Origin: Sinorhizobium meliloti
GTDB lineage: Bacteria > Pseudomonadota > Alphaproteobacteria > Rhizobiales > Rhizobiaceae
NCBI RefSeq assembly: GCF_017876815.1
Contig: NZ_JAGIOS010000001.1
Coordinates: 2,550,001-2,582,000, forward strand
Length of the DNA stretch: 32,000 nucleotides
Direction: 5' to 3'
The notes below the pieces were generated by a model. The model was not told the DNA's origin. It saw only the letters and a program-made list of their open reading frames with translations, and ran no database searches. The stretch's first letter is position 1; every line of letters begins with the position of its first letter. This document shows positions 24,286-32,000 of this stretch, in pieces. The translations under genes were made by a program, and so were the position numbers.

Positions 24286-26729
24286 CGAAGCCCATTCCCG
24301 CAAAAGCGCGTGTCGTCATCATCGGCGGTGGCGTTTCCGGCTGCTCGGTCGCCTATCACCTGGCGAAGCTCGGCTGGACCGATGTGGTCCTGCTCGAGCG
24401 CAAGCAGTTGACCTGCGGCACGACATGGCATGCGGCCGGTTTGATCGGCCAGCTGCGCGCGTCGCAGAACATGACACGGCTCGCGAAATACTCGGCCGAT
24501 CTTTACGTGAAGCTCGAGGCGGAAACCGGCATCGCCACCGGCATGCGCCAGAACGGCTCGATCACCGTCGCACTGACGGAAGAGCGCAAGGAAGAGATCT
24601 ACCGGCAGGCCTCGCTGGCGCGCGCCTTCAACGTCGATGTACGCGAGGTCACGCCCGACGAGGTCAAGGAGCTTTACCCACACCTCAACGTTTCCGACGT
24701 GAAGGCGGCGGTCCACCTGCCGCTCGACGGCCAGTGTGATCCGGCCAACATCGCCATGGCGCTTGCCAAGGGTGCGCGGCAGAACGGCGCGACGATCGTC
24801 GAGGGCGTGAAAGTCACCTCGGTCCTGAAGAAGGACGGCCGAATAACCGGCGTCACCTGCGAGCAGAACGGCGAGAGCTTCACGATCGAGACGGAGAATG
24901 TCGTCAACTGCGCCGGCATGTGGGGCAGGGAGCTTGCCCGGCAATCCGGCGTCACCGTGCCGCTGCACGCCTGCGAGCACTTCTATATCGTCACCGAGGC
25001 GATACCTGGTCTCAGCCGCCTGCCGGTGCTGCGCGTGCCCGACGAGTGCACCTACTACAAGGAAGATGCCGGCAAGATGCTGATCGGCGCCTTCGAGCTC
25101 AAGGCGAAGCCGTGGGGCATGGAAGGCATCCGCGAGGATTTCTGTTTCGACCAGCTGCCGGAGGACTTCGACCATTTCGCCCCGATCCTCGAAATGGCCG
25201 TCAACCGCATGCCGATGCTGGAGACGGCCGGCATCCACACCTTCTTCAACGGCCCGGAAAGCTTCACGCCCGACGACCGTTACTATCTGGGCGAGGCGCC
25301 GGAACTCAAGGGCTACTGGGTGGCAGCCGGCTACAATTCGATCGGGATCGTCTCCTCGGGAGGCGCCGGCATGTCGCTGGCGCAGTGGATGAACGACGGC
25401 GAGCCGCCCTTCGATCTCTGGGAGGTCGATATCCGCCGGGCGCAGCCCTTCCAGAAGAACCGTTCCTACCTGAAGGAACGGGTCAGCGAAACGCTGGGTC
25501 TGCTTTACGCCGATCATTTTCCCTATCGCCAGATTGCGACCGCCCGCGGCGTTCGCCGCTCGCCGATCCACGAACAACTGAAGGCGCGCGGAGCCGTTTT
25601 CGGTGAGGTCGCCGGATGGGAGCGGGCAAACTGGTTCGCAAGGGACGGCCAGGAGCGCGAATACCGCTATTCGTGGAAACGGCAGAACTGGTTCGAAAAC
25701 CAGCGGGAAGAGCATCTCGCCGTCCGCAGCGGGGTTGGCCTTTTCGACATGACCTCCTTCGGCAAGATCCGCGTCGAAGGCCGCGATGCGCAGGCTTTCC
25801 TGCAGCGGCTTTGCGCCAATGAGATGAATGTCGACCCCGGCCGTGTTGTCTACACCCAGATGCTGAACGCCCGCGGCGGCATCGAGAGCGACCTGACCGT
25901 CACGCGGCTTTCGCAGACCGCCTTCTTCCTCGTCGTGCCGGGGGCCACGCTGCAGCGCGATCTTGCCTGGCTGCGAAAACATGTGCGCGACGAGTTCGTG
26001 GTGATCACCGACGTCACCGCTGCTGAAAGCGTGCTCTGCGTCATGGGGCCAAGGGCACGCGAGCTCATGCAGAAGGTGAGCCCGAACGATTTCTCCAACG
26101 AGGCGCACCCCTTCGCCACCGCCCGCGAGATCGAGATCGGGATGGGCCTCGCCCGCGCCCACCGCGTCACCTATGTCGGCGAACTCGGGTGGGAGCTTTA
26201 CGTCTCCACCGACCAGGCGGCGCATGTGTTCGAGACGCTGGAACTGGCGGGGGCCGATGTCGGGCTGAAGCTCTGTGGACTTCATACGCTCGATAGCTGC
26301 CGGATCGAGAAAGCCTTCCGGCATTTCGGCCACGATATCACCGACGAGGATCATGTGCTCGAAGCGGGGCTAGGCTTTGCGGTGAAGCCCGGAAAAGGCG
26401 AGTTCATCGGACGTGAGGCGGTGCTTGCAAAGCGCGACAACGGACTTTCGCGCCGGCTGGTGCAGTTCCGGCTTTCCGATCCGGAGCCGTTGCTCTTCCA
26501 CAACGAAGCGATCGTGCGCGACGGAGAGATCGTCGGCACGATCACCTCGGGCAATTACGGCCACCATCTCGGGGGTGCGATAGGGCTCGGCTATGTGGCG
26601 TGCAAGGGTGAAAGCGACGCCGATGTGCTGGCTTCGGCCTACGAGATCGAAATCGCCGGAACGCGGGTCAAGGCCGAGGCTTCGCTGAAGCCGATGTACG
26701 ACCCGAAGGCGGAGCGGGTGCGGGCCTGA
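24282..26729 (+). CDS. dimethylglycine/sarcosine-dehydrogenase-like FAD oxidoreductase fused to a GcvT domain, paralog 2
   Basis: 815 aa with 'VVIIGGGVSGCS', 'GTTWHAAG' and 'LDSCRIEKAF'. The ATG overlaps the paralog-1 stop (ATGA at 24282-24285). Confidence 0.9.
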   Translation: MTKPIPAKARVVIIGGGVSGCSVAYHLAKLGWTDVVLLERKQLTCGTTWHAAGLIGQLRASQNMTRLAKYSADLYVKLEAETGIATGMRQNGSITVALTEERKEEIYRQASLARAFNVDVREVTPDEVKELYPHLNVSDVKAAVHLPLDGQCDPANIAMALAKGARQNGATIVEGVKVTSVLKKDGRITGVTCEQNGESFTIETENVVNCAGMWGRELARQSGVTVPLHACEHFYIVTEAIPGLSRLPVLRVPDECTYYKEDAGKMLIGAFELKAKPWGMEGIREDFCFDQLPEDFDHFAPILEMAVNRMPMLETAGIHTFFNGPESFTPDDRYYLGEAPELKGYWVAAGYNSIGIVSSGGAGMSLAQWMNDGEPPFDLWEVDIRRAQPFQKNRSYLKERVSETLGLLYADHFPYRQIATARGVRRSPIHEQLKARGAVFGEVAGWERANWFARDGQEREYRYSWKRQNWFENQREEHLAVRSGVGLFDMTSFGKIRVEGRDAQAFLQRLCANEMNVDPGRVVYTQMLNARGGIESDLTVTRLSQTAFFLVVPGATLQRDLAWLRKHVRDEFVVITDVTAAESVLCVMGPRARELMQKVSPNDFSNEAHPFATAREIEIGMGLARAHRVTYVGELGWELYVSTDQAAHVFETLELAGADVGLKLCGLHTLDSCRIEKAFRHFGHDITDEDHVLEAGLGFAVKPGKGEFIGREAVLAKRDNGLSRRLVQFRLSDPEPLLFHNEAIVRDGEIVGTITSGNYGHHLGGAIGLGYVACKGESDADVLASAYEIEIAGTRVKAEASLKPMYDPKAERVRA

Positions 26730-26737
26730 AAAAGACT

Positions 26738-26773
26738 GCCCCTCATCCTCGCGCTAAACCCGAGGAGAGTGGC
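26738..26773. repeat. REP-like palindromic unit inside the operon
   Basis: 'GCCCCTCATCCTCGCGCTAAACCCGAGGAGAGTGGC' is related to the 'CCTCGGGTTTAACCCGAGGA' unit at 28399-28419. Confidence 0.4.
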
Positions 26774-26809
26774 AAAGAACAAGACGACGACAGCGCCATT
26801 GGGAGATGA

Positions 26810-28357
26810 ATGATGGCTGAGGAATGCGCAGTTGCGGGTTCGAGACGGTCCGGCGGACGGGCGGCGCGCGTTGCGCTTCGTTCGTCGCCGCTTGCCGAAA
26901 ACATCCGCCCCGTCCGTCCGGGCCTTTCCGGCGGACAGTACAAGCCGCTGACGGAGGCCAACGTCAGACGGATTCACGAGGCGGCGCTCGATGCGCTGGA
27001 ACAGATCGGCCTTGCCAACGCGCCGCAATCCGGCGTCGAGATCATGACCGGCGCCGGGGCCATCCTCGGCGAGGATGGACGACTCCGCTTCCCGCGTGCA
27101 CTGGTCGAGGACATGCTGGCCATCGCCGCGCGCGACATCACCCTTTACGCGCGTGATCCGAAACAGGATCTCGAACTCAGCGGCACGCGCGTCTATTACG
27201 GTACGGCCGGCGCGGCGGTGCACGTGGTCGACGTCGAGAAGCGCGAATACCGCGAATCGACCGCCAAGGACCTCCTGAATGCGGCGCAGCTCGTCCATCA
27301 CCTGGACAATGTCCATTTCTTCCAGCGAGCCATGGTCTGCCGGGACGTTTCCGACAATTTCCTGATGGACATCAACACGCTCTATGCCTGCTGCGCCGGA
27401 ACGACGAAGCATGTCGGGACGAGCTTCTCCGATCCCTCGCATGTGGAGGGCTGCTTCGATCTCATCCACATGATCGCGGGCGGCGAGGACAAGTGGCGGG
27501 CGCGGCCCTTCGTTTCGAACTCGAACTGCTTCGTCGTGCCGCCGATGAAATTCGCCGAGGAAAGCTGCATCACCATGGAGAAGTGCATCCGTGGCGGCAT
27601 GCCCGTCCTGCTGCTATCCGCCGGACAGGCGGGGGCGACTGCCCCGGCGCCGCTCGCGACCGCCATCGTGCAGGCGGTTGCCGAGTGCCTTGCAGGCGTC
27701 GTCTACGTCAATGCGCTTTCGCCCGGCCATCCAGCCGTCTTCGGCACCTGGCCGTTCGTCTCCGATCTGAGGACCGGCGCCATGTCCGGCGGCTCCGGCG
27801 AACAGGCATTGCTGACGGCCGGCTGCGCGCAGATGCACCAATTCTATCGCCTGCCTGGCGGCGCCGCCGCCGGCATCGCGGATGCGAAGCTTCCCGACAT
27901 GCAGGCCGGCTGGGAACAGGCGATCTCCAACGTGATGGCTGGGCTCTCTGGGCTCAACATGGTGTACGAGGCGGTCGGCATGCATGCATCGCTCCTCGGC
28001 TTCTGCCTGGAGTCGCTGGTGCTCGGAGACGACTTGCTGGGCCAGGTGCAGCGCTGCATCCGCGGCATCGATGTCACCGAGGATTCGGTTTCGCTCGAAA
28101 CCATGCGTTCGGTCTGCCTCGACGGCCCCGGCCACTATCTCGGCCATCCGCAGACGCTCGGCCTGATGCAGACGGAATATATCTATCCGGCGGTCGCCGA
28201 CCGTACGAGCCCGAAGGAATGGGTCGAGATCGGCCGGCCGGATCTCGTCGCCCGCGCCATCGAGAGGAAGAACCGCATCCTCGCCGATGCCGCTCCGTCG
28301 CTGATCGCGACGGAGGTCGACCGGGCGATACGGGAGCGGTTCGGGATCTATTGCTGA
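26810..28357 (+). CDS. MttB-superfamily (trimethylamine methyltransferase-like) protein, non-pyrrolysine type
   Basis: 515 aa, an uninterrupted frame with no in-frame TAG. The N-terminus 'RRSGGRAARVALRSSPLAENIRPVRPGLSGGQYKPLTEANVRRIHEAALDALEQIG' is characteristic of bacterial MttB homologs. Confidence 0.85.
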   Translation: MMAEECAVAGSRRSGGRAARVALRSSPLAENIRPVRPGLSGGQYKPLTEANVRRIHEAALDALEQIGLANAPQSGVEIMTGAGAILGEDGRLRFPRALVEDMLAIAARDITLYARDPKQDLELSGTRVYYGTAGAAVHVVDVEKREYRESTAKDLLNAAQLVHHLDNVHFFQRAMVCRDVSDNFLMDINTLYACCAGTTKHVGTSFSDPSHVEGCFDLIHMIAGGEDKWRARPFVSNSNCFVVPPMKFAEESCITMEKCIRGGMPVLLLSAGQAGATAPAPLATAIVQAVAECLAGVVYVNALSPGHPAVFGTWPFVSDLRTGAMSGGSGEQALLTAGCAQMHQFYRLPGGAAAGIADAKLPDMQAGWEQAISNVMAGLSGLNMVYEAVGMHASLLGFCLESLVLGDDLLGQVQRCIRGIDVTEDSVSLETMRSVCLDGPGHYLGHPQTLGLMQTEYIYPAVADRTSPKEWVEIGRPDLVARAIERKNRILADAAPSLIATEVDRAIRERFGIYC

Positions 28358-28390
28358 GACGATTGTTCATGCGTTTAGTGGCAGCGATTT

Positions 28391-28548
28391 GCCCCCTCTC
28401 CTCGGGTTTAACCCGAGGACTAGCCCTCTCCCCGCAGGCGGGGAGAGGGGACGACCTCCAGCAGCGGTGAGGTGGAATGGGTCGGCGCCGCGCGTCCCTT
28501 CGCCCCGCTTGCGGGGAGGAGGTGCCGGCAGGCGGATGAGGGGCGGAT
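28391..28548. repeat. cluster of REP-like palindromic units
   Basis: Three units: 'TCCTCGGGTTTAACCCGAGGA', 'CCCTCTCCCCGCAGGCGGGGAGAGGGG' and 'CCCCGCTTGCGGGG'. They lie between convergent gene ends and share motifs with 20683-20812 and 26738-26773. Confidence 0.6.
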
Positions 28549-28568
28549 GCAGGCGAGACCGTCGTAAA

Positions 28569-29090
28569 TCACCGTCGGCTCGAGCCCCTGACCTCGCTCA
28601 CCCTAAAGCTCCATTTCGGAGCGGTCGGCGCTTCATCCGGTCGGAAGGGAAAGGTGAGGAACGTCTCGAACGGGCGGCTCTGGCCGCCCGGCACTCTCAG
28701 CAGGATGAGCGCGGTGTCGTCACCGATGTGCCTGCAGGCGTCCTGCGGGCAATCCTCGAGCGTTACGGTCAAGCGGAAATATTCGAGCGCCAAGTCCGAC
28801 GCATTGGCGGCAGTGCCGCGAACGCGATAGCTGCGCCTCGTCTGGCTTGGCTCGACAGTCATATTCTCGAGCACGATATCGTCGGCGGTGAGCCCGGTTT
28901 CAGGCTGGTCCGGAGCAGGCGCTGGGATCTCGTCCGGAGCACTCTCGTTCAGCCAGACGAGGAAGGCGGCGCTGAGGGCGAGCGCGACCGCAATCGAAAG
29001 AACCGGTTCGATCCAGCTGCGGAAGCGACCGTAACGAGCCGCGAGATACACGATCGCCAAGCCCAACGGTAACGCAATCAGCCATGCCAT
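28569..29090 (-). CDS. hypothetical membrane-anchored protein
   Basis: 173 aa from ATG 29090. Two N-terminal hydrophobic helices ('AWLIALPLGLAIVYLAA', 'VLSIAVALALSAAFLVWL') are followed by a soluble domain with no recognisable family. Confidence 0.5.
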   Translation of the reverse strand: MAWLIALPLGLAIVYLAARYGRFRSWIEPVLSIAVALALSAAFLVWLNESAPDEIPAPAPDQPETGLTADDIVLENMTVEPSQTRRSYRVRGTAANASDLALEYFRLTVTLEDCPQDACRHIGDDTALILLRVPGGQSRPFETFLTFPFRPDEAPTAPKWSFRVSEVRGSSRR

Positions 29091-29196
29091 GAAGATCCTC
29101 CTGGGAGAACCTTATATAGGGACGCGCGGCGCTGGCAATCGTTCGCGCCTGCCTCGACCCTTCTGCCTCGCAGAGGCCGCAACACTCAGCCGAAGC

Positions 29197-30330
29197 TCAT
29201 TTCTTCAAGCTTATCCAATAGGAACCTTCGAAAGGTACCGCCGCGAAACGCCGGTTGATCTCGGCGAGCGTGGCGGCGGGATCGACATCGGGGAAGAGAT
29301 CGGGGCGCAGCCACGAGGCGAAGGCCTCCGCCGCGACGATGTTCAGCGGAACGGCGTTGAAAAAATTCCAGAGGCCGTGGACACGCCCGTTGCGAACGGC
29401 GGCTATGCTCGCCATCACCGGCTTGTCCACGGATTCGGTCAGGGTCGTTTCCGCCTCTTCCGCCGTGACGCCGGGGCCGATCGAAAAGCCGCTGTATTTG
29501 CCGCCGGGCGACGAGGTGGCGATATAGACATCCGGATTCTCGGCCATCACCGCTTCCGCGTTCATCATGCCGCCCGGACGCGGCAATGCGCCCTCGGCGA
29601 TGTTGCGGCTGCCGGTGATGGCGATGAACTCGCCGAGGCCGCCGACCCCATAGGCCCAGCAGCAACGGTCGGGCGCCGGGAAAGCTTCCATGAGAACTTT
29701 CGGCCCCGGCTCGGAACTCCCGGCAACGCGCTCGCGGATCCGGGCAAGACGCTCCTCGTAGAAGCGGGCGAAGTCTTCCGCCTGTTCTTCTCTCTCGAAG
29801 ACCTTGCCGAGGAGACGCATGTTGTCCGGCGTGTTCTTGAGCACCTCGTTGTTGAAGTCGACGACGATGACCGGCACGCCGGTGCTTTCGAGATATTCCA
29901 TCGCGCGCCGGCCCGCCTCGGTGTCCGCCTGCCAGTTGGCGAGGACGGCAAGATCGGCCTTGAGCGTCAGGATGGTCTCGAAGGAGAGCCCGGGGCCGCT
30001 TCCGTCGTCGATCAGCGGCACATCGGCGAGCTTCGGGAACTTGCGCAGATAGCTCTCGTATATCTCGGGATTGTCGGCCTTCATGTCGCCGGACCAGCCG
30101 GCGAGAAGGCTTACCGGGTCCGGATGAATGAGCGAAAGGGCCACGAGATTGAAGCCCGTGCCGAGCAGTACCGCTTTGGGCGGTGCGGGGATCGTAACCT
30201 GTCGTCCGACGGCATCGGTGACCGTCATCGGCCATTGTGCCTGCGCCAGAGCGACGAGCGGCGAGAAGGCGATCGCCAGGAAGGCAAGGACGCGAACGAG
30301 GCTTCGGCGGCAGAGCAGCAGACGAGACAA
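29197..30330 (-). CDS. periplasmic binding protein of an iron-siderophore/cobalamin-type ABC system (FhuP-like)
   Basis: Signal peptide 'VRVLAFLAIAFSPLVALAQA'. 'PKAVLLGTG' and 'LKADLAVLANW' are typical of the FecB/FhuD-type fold. The only start that keeps the signal peptide is TTG 30330, 2 nt after the fhuF stop. Confidence 0.8.
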   Translation of the reverse strand: MSRLLLCRRSLVRVLAFLAIAFSPLVALAQAQWPMTVTDAVGRQVTIPAPPKAVLLGTGFNLVALSLIHPDPVSLLAGWSGDMKADNPEIYESYLRKFPKLADVPLIDDGSGPGLSFETILTLKADLAVLANWQADTEAGRRAMEYLESTGVPVIVVDFNNEVLKNTPDNMRLLGKVFEREEQAEDFARFYEERLARIRERVAGSSEPGPKVLMEAFPAPDRCCWAYGVGGLGEFIAITGSRNIAEGALPRPGGMMNAEAVMAENPDVYIATSSPGGKYSGFSIGPGVTAEEAETTLTESVDKPVMASIAAVRNGRVHGLWNFFNAVPLNIVAAEAFASWLRPDLFPDVDPAATLAEINRRFAAVPFEGSYWISLKK

Positions 30331-30332
30331 GG

Positions 30333-31088
30333 CTATTGTTTCCTTTGGCTTGGAAGGGCGCAGAGGCTGCCGCAGCTCGGGATGCCCGGGAGGAGATATC
30401 TCAGGCAGCAGATCTTGCGCCGGCAGACGCGCGTCCCGTCCTCTTCCTCCTGGCGCAGACAGTCGAAGAAAGGATTGGGAGCGCCGTTGGGCATCAGCCG
30501 GCGACCGACCATCGCATCGGCCTGGTCGCTCATGGGGTCGGTCCCGGCGGTTCGAAGCGCATAATCGATGTAAACGGCGGCATTGTTCCAGGCGAGCCTG
30601 GGCGATATGCCGCCAACCGCCTTGAGATGCGGCACTACTTTGGCAAGGTGCTCGTCCATGAGCGAGCCGATCAGGGCGAAGATGTCACGCCCGTCATCGT
30701 CGCGCCACTGACCTGCAGTCGCGACCCCGAAGGCGCGCGGCAGCCCGTCGTCGGAGAGCGCCACCGTCATCTGGTCGAAATCCGCCGGCAGCGCCTGGTG
30801 GTCCAGCACCCGGGCGACGACATAGGGGATGGTCAGGGCGGAGAAATAATAGAGCGACCACATGGAGGCCACGGCGCGGCGGTCCGTGCCGCCGGAGGCC
30901 CCGGCATAGTGCGAGAGCGTCCGGTCGAAGGCGCCGGAGGCGAAGAAGTCGGACAGCGGAATGCCGTCGGAAAGATTCTCCGACAGCATCATCTTCTCGT
31001 TGCACCAGGCATGCGGTCCCGCAAAGGCCGCCGACAGACCTTTCGGCTCGTCGATTACCGCCATGCTTTCATGCCGGGCTGTTGTCAT
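30333..31088 (-). CDS. fhuF: siderophore-iron reductase FhuF
   Basis: 251 aa. The C-terminal cysteine cluster 'CRRKICCLRYLLPGIPSCGSLC' (Cys-Cys-x10-Cys-x3-Cys, a 2Fe-2S site) is FhuF-like, as is the central 'MWSLYYFSAL'. Confidence 0.8.
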   Translation of the reverse strand: MTTARHESMAVIDEPKGLSAAFAGPHAWCNEKMMLSENLSDGIPLSDFFASGAFDRTLSHYAGASGGTDRRAVASMWSLYYFSALTIPYVVARVLDHQALPADFDQMTVALSDDGLPRAFGVATAGQWRDDDGRDIFALIGSLMDEHLAKVVPHLKAVGGISPRLAWNNAAVYIDYALRTAGTDPMSDQADAMVGRRLMPNGAPNPFFDCLRQEEEDGTRVCRRKICCLRYLLPGIPSCGSLCALPSQRKQ

Positions 31089-31093
31089 GTCGC

Positions 31094-32000
31094 TTACCAG
31101 TTATAGCGCAGCGAGCCGATAACGGTGCGGCCCTGATCGCGATGGCAGTAGCCGGCGGTGCACACGGCCTCGCGGCGGTCGAACAGATTGGTGGCATTCA
31201 CCTGCAGATGCAGACCCTCGTATTTCTGGTCGATCGCTGCGAAGTCGTAGCCGACGGAAGCATCGAAGAGAACACGCGAACTATTCTTGAAGGTGTTCTG
31301 GTCGTTACCGTAACTTGATCCTACGAAACGCGCGCCCCCACCCAGGCTGAATCCGTAAAAAGGACCATCCTCCGGCAATGTATAATGGGCCCAAATCGAC
31401 GCCATGTGCTGTGGAGCGGAAGAGACATAATTTCCAATCGTTCCCGAAGGACCCTGAATGATCTTCACATCGGTATAGGCGTAAGAAGCTATCAGCGAAA
31501 TGCCGTTGTCAAGGCTGGTGTTCGCTTCGATCTCAAAGCCGCGCGAACGCAGTTTTCCGCGCTGTACCTGGATAGCGGTATCGCCGGACGCTTCGAGGTA
31601 GAGGCCATTCTTCTGGTCGATGTTGAAAAGCGCGGCGGTGATCAGCGTGTTGCTGTTCGGCAGGAGGTATTTGACGCCGATTTCCTGCTGCTCGCTTTCG
31701 GTCGGCTTGAAGGGCTGGTTCGTTTCCTTGTTGATGCCGGCATTAGGCGCGAACGCCGTCGAGTAGCTGATATAGGGAGCAAGGCCGAAATCGGTCTGAT
31801 AGGTAAGCCCTATGCGGCCGGAGAACTCCTTGTCCTTCTGCGAGACCGTCGTCAGCGAGTCGGTGGCGAGATCCATGGTATCCGTGTCGGTGGACACCCA
31901 ATCGTACCGGCCGCCCACCGTCAACGTCCAGGCGTCGTAACGGATCTGGTCCTGAAGATAGGTACCGAGCTGCCACTGGTCCTGGACGGTGCGCGTGTTG
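31094..32000 (-). CDS. TonB-dependent siderophore receptor, C-terminal part (5' end lies beyond the window)
   Basis: The frame stays open to the window edge; the track's 'start' at 31924 is an internal TTG. The beta-barrel shows an alternating pattern and ends with the terminal aromatic motif '...VIGSLRYNW'. Confidence 0.85.
   Translation of the reverse strand, partial: NTRTVQDQWQLGTYLQDQIRYDAWTLTVGGRYDWVSTDTDTMDLATDSLTTVSQKDKEFSGRIGLTYQTDFGLAPYISYSTAFAPNAGINKETNQPFKPTESEQQEIGVKYLLPNSNTLITAALFNIDQKNGLYLEASGDTAIQVQRGKLRSRGFEIEANTSLDNGISLIASYAYTDVKIIQGPSGTIGNYVSSAPQHMASIWAHYTLPEDGPFYGFSLGGGARFVGSSYGNDQNTFKNSSRVLFDASVGYDFAAIDQKYEGLHLQVNATNLFDRREAVCTAGYCHRDQGRTVIGSLRYNW

Noticed and set aside
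24126-26354. 742-aa ORF on the minus strand (also 22012..23136 and 23224..24303)
   Set aside because: These lie antisense to the two DMGDH-like genes, whose frames carry clear FAD and GcvT motifs. The products have shadow-ORF composition.
20683-28548. Recurrent GC-rich palindromes as a possible CRISPR array
   Set aside because: The copies are dispersed in separate intergenic gaps and occur in both orientations, without regular spacers. They are REP/RIME-type elements, not CRISPR repeats.
28389-29072. 227-aa plus-strand ORF starting in the REP cluster
   Set aside because: Its N-terminus is a translation of REP palindromes ('PLPAGGERG...'). The rest is antisense to the membrane-protein gene.
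29089-30564. 491-aa plus-strand ORF (also 29186..30235, minus strand, other frame)
   Set aside because: It overlaps the binding-protein and fhuF genes, which have a signal peptide and family motifs. The alternative products are Arg/Gly-rich.

Overview
This is a high-GC (about 63% by hand-sampled lines) alphaproteobacterial segment. It looks like Rhizobiaceae (Sinorhizobium/Ensifer-like), judging from two RIME-type mosaic elements and several 'CCCCTCTCCCCGC..GCGGGGAGAGGGG' intergenic palindromes. I support about 30 protein genes and see no rRNA, tRNA, CRISPR array, transposase or integrase. The track's long ORFs rich in Arg/Ala/Pro/Gly that lie antisense to real genes are high-GC artefacts. 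Layout: (i) 1-8 kb is an accessory patchwork of small group-transfer enzymes: an Stf0 sulfotransferase, two GNATs, an AAC(3), two P-loop kinase-like proteins, a HAD hydrolase and an FMN alpha-hydroxyacid oxidase. It includes a ~53% GC islet. (ii) 8.5-12.1 kb is a compact locus that I cannot match to any characterised system. It holds a SARP-like wHTH-BTAD-TPR regulator, a 71-aa ORF, a stand-alone YcaO (no TfuA, E1-like partner, dehydrogenase, protease or exporter nearby) and a 77-aa ORF with its own promoter-like repeats, closed by a RIME element. This is my best candidate for an undescribed RiPP-like or protein-modification system. (iii) 12.4-20.6 kb holds ordinary-looking genes: a DUF1194 vWA protein, a GH144-like glucanase, DUF1772, an enoyl-CoA hydratase, TetR plus a VOC protein, a Cys/Met PLP enzyme and a membrane alpha/beta-hydrolase. 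(iv) 20.9-28.4 kb holds a LysR regulator divergent from an operon of two tandem 815-aa dimethylglycine-dehydrogenase-like enzymes plus a non-pyrrolysine MttB-family methyltransferase, with no corrinoid protein. (v) 28.6-32 kb holds a membrane protein and a siderophore-uptake operon (TonB-dependent receptor, partial; FhuF; periplasmic binding protein). All family calls come from motif recognition by eye, and no database search was run.
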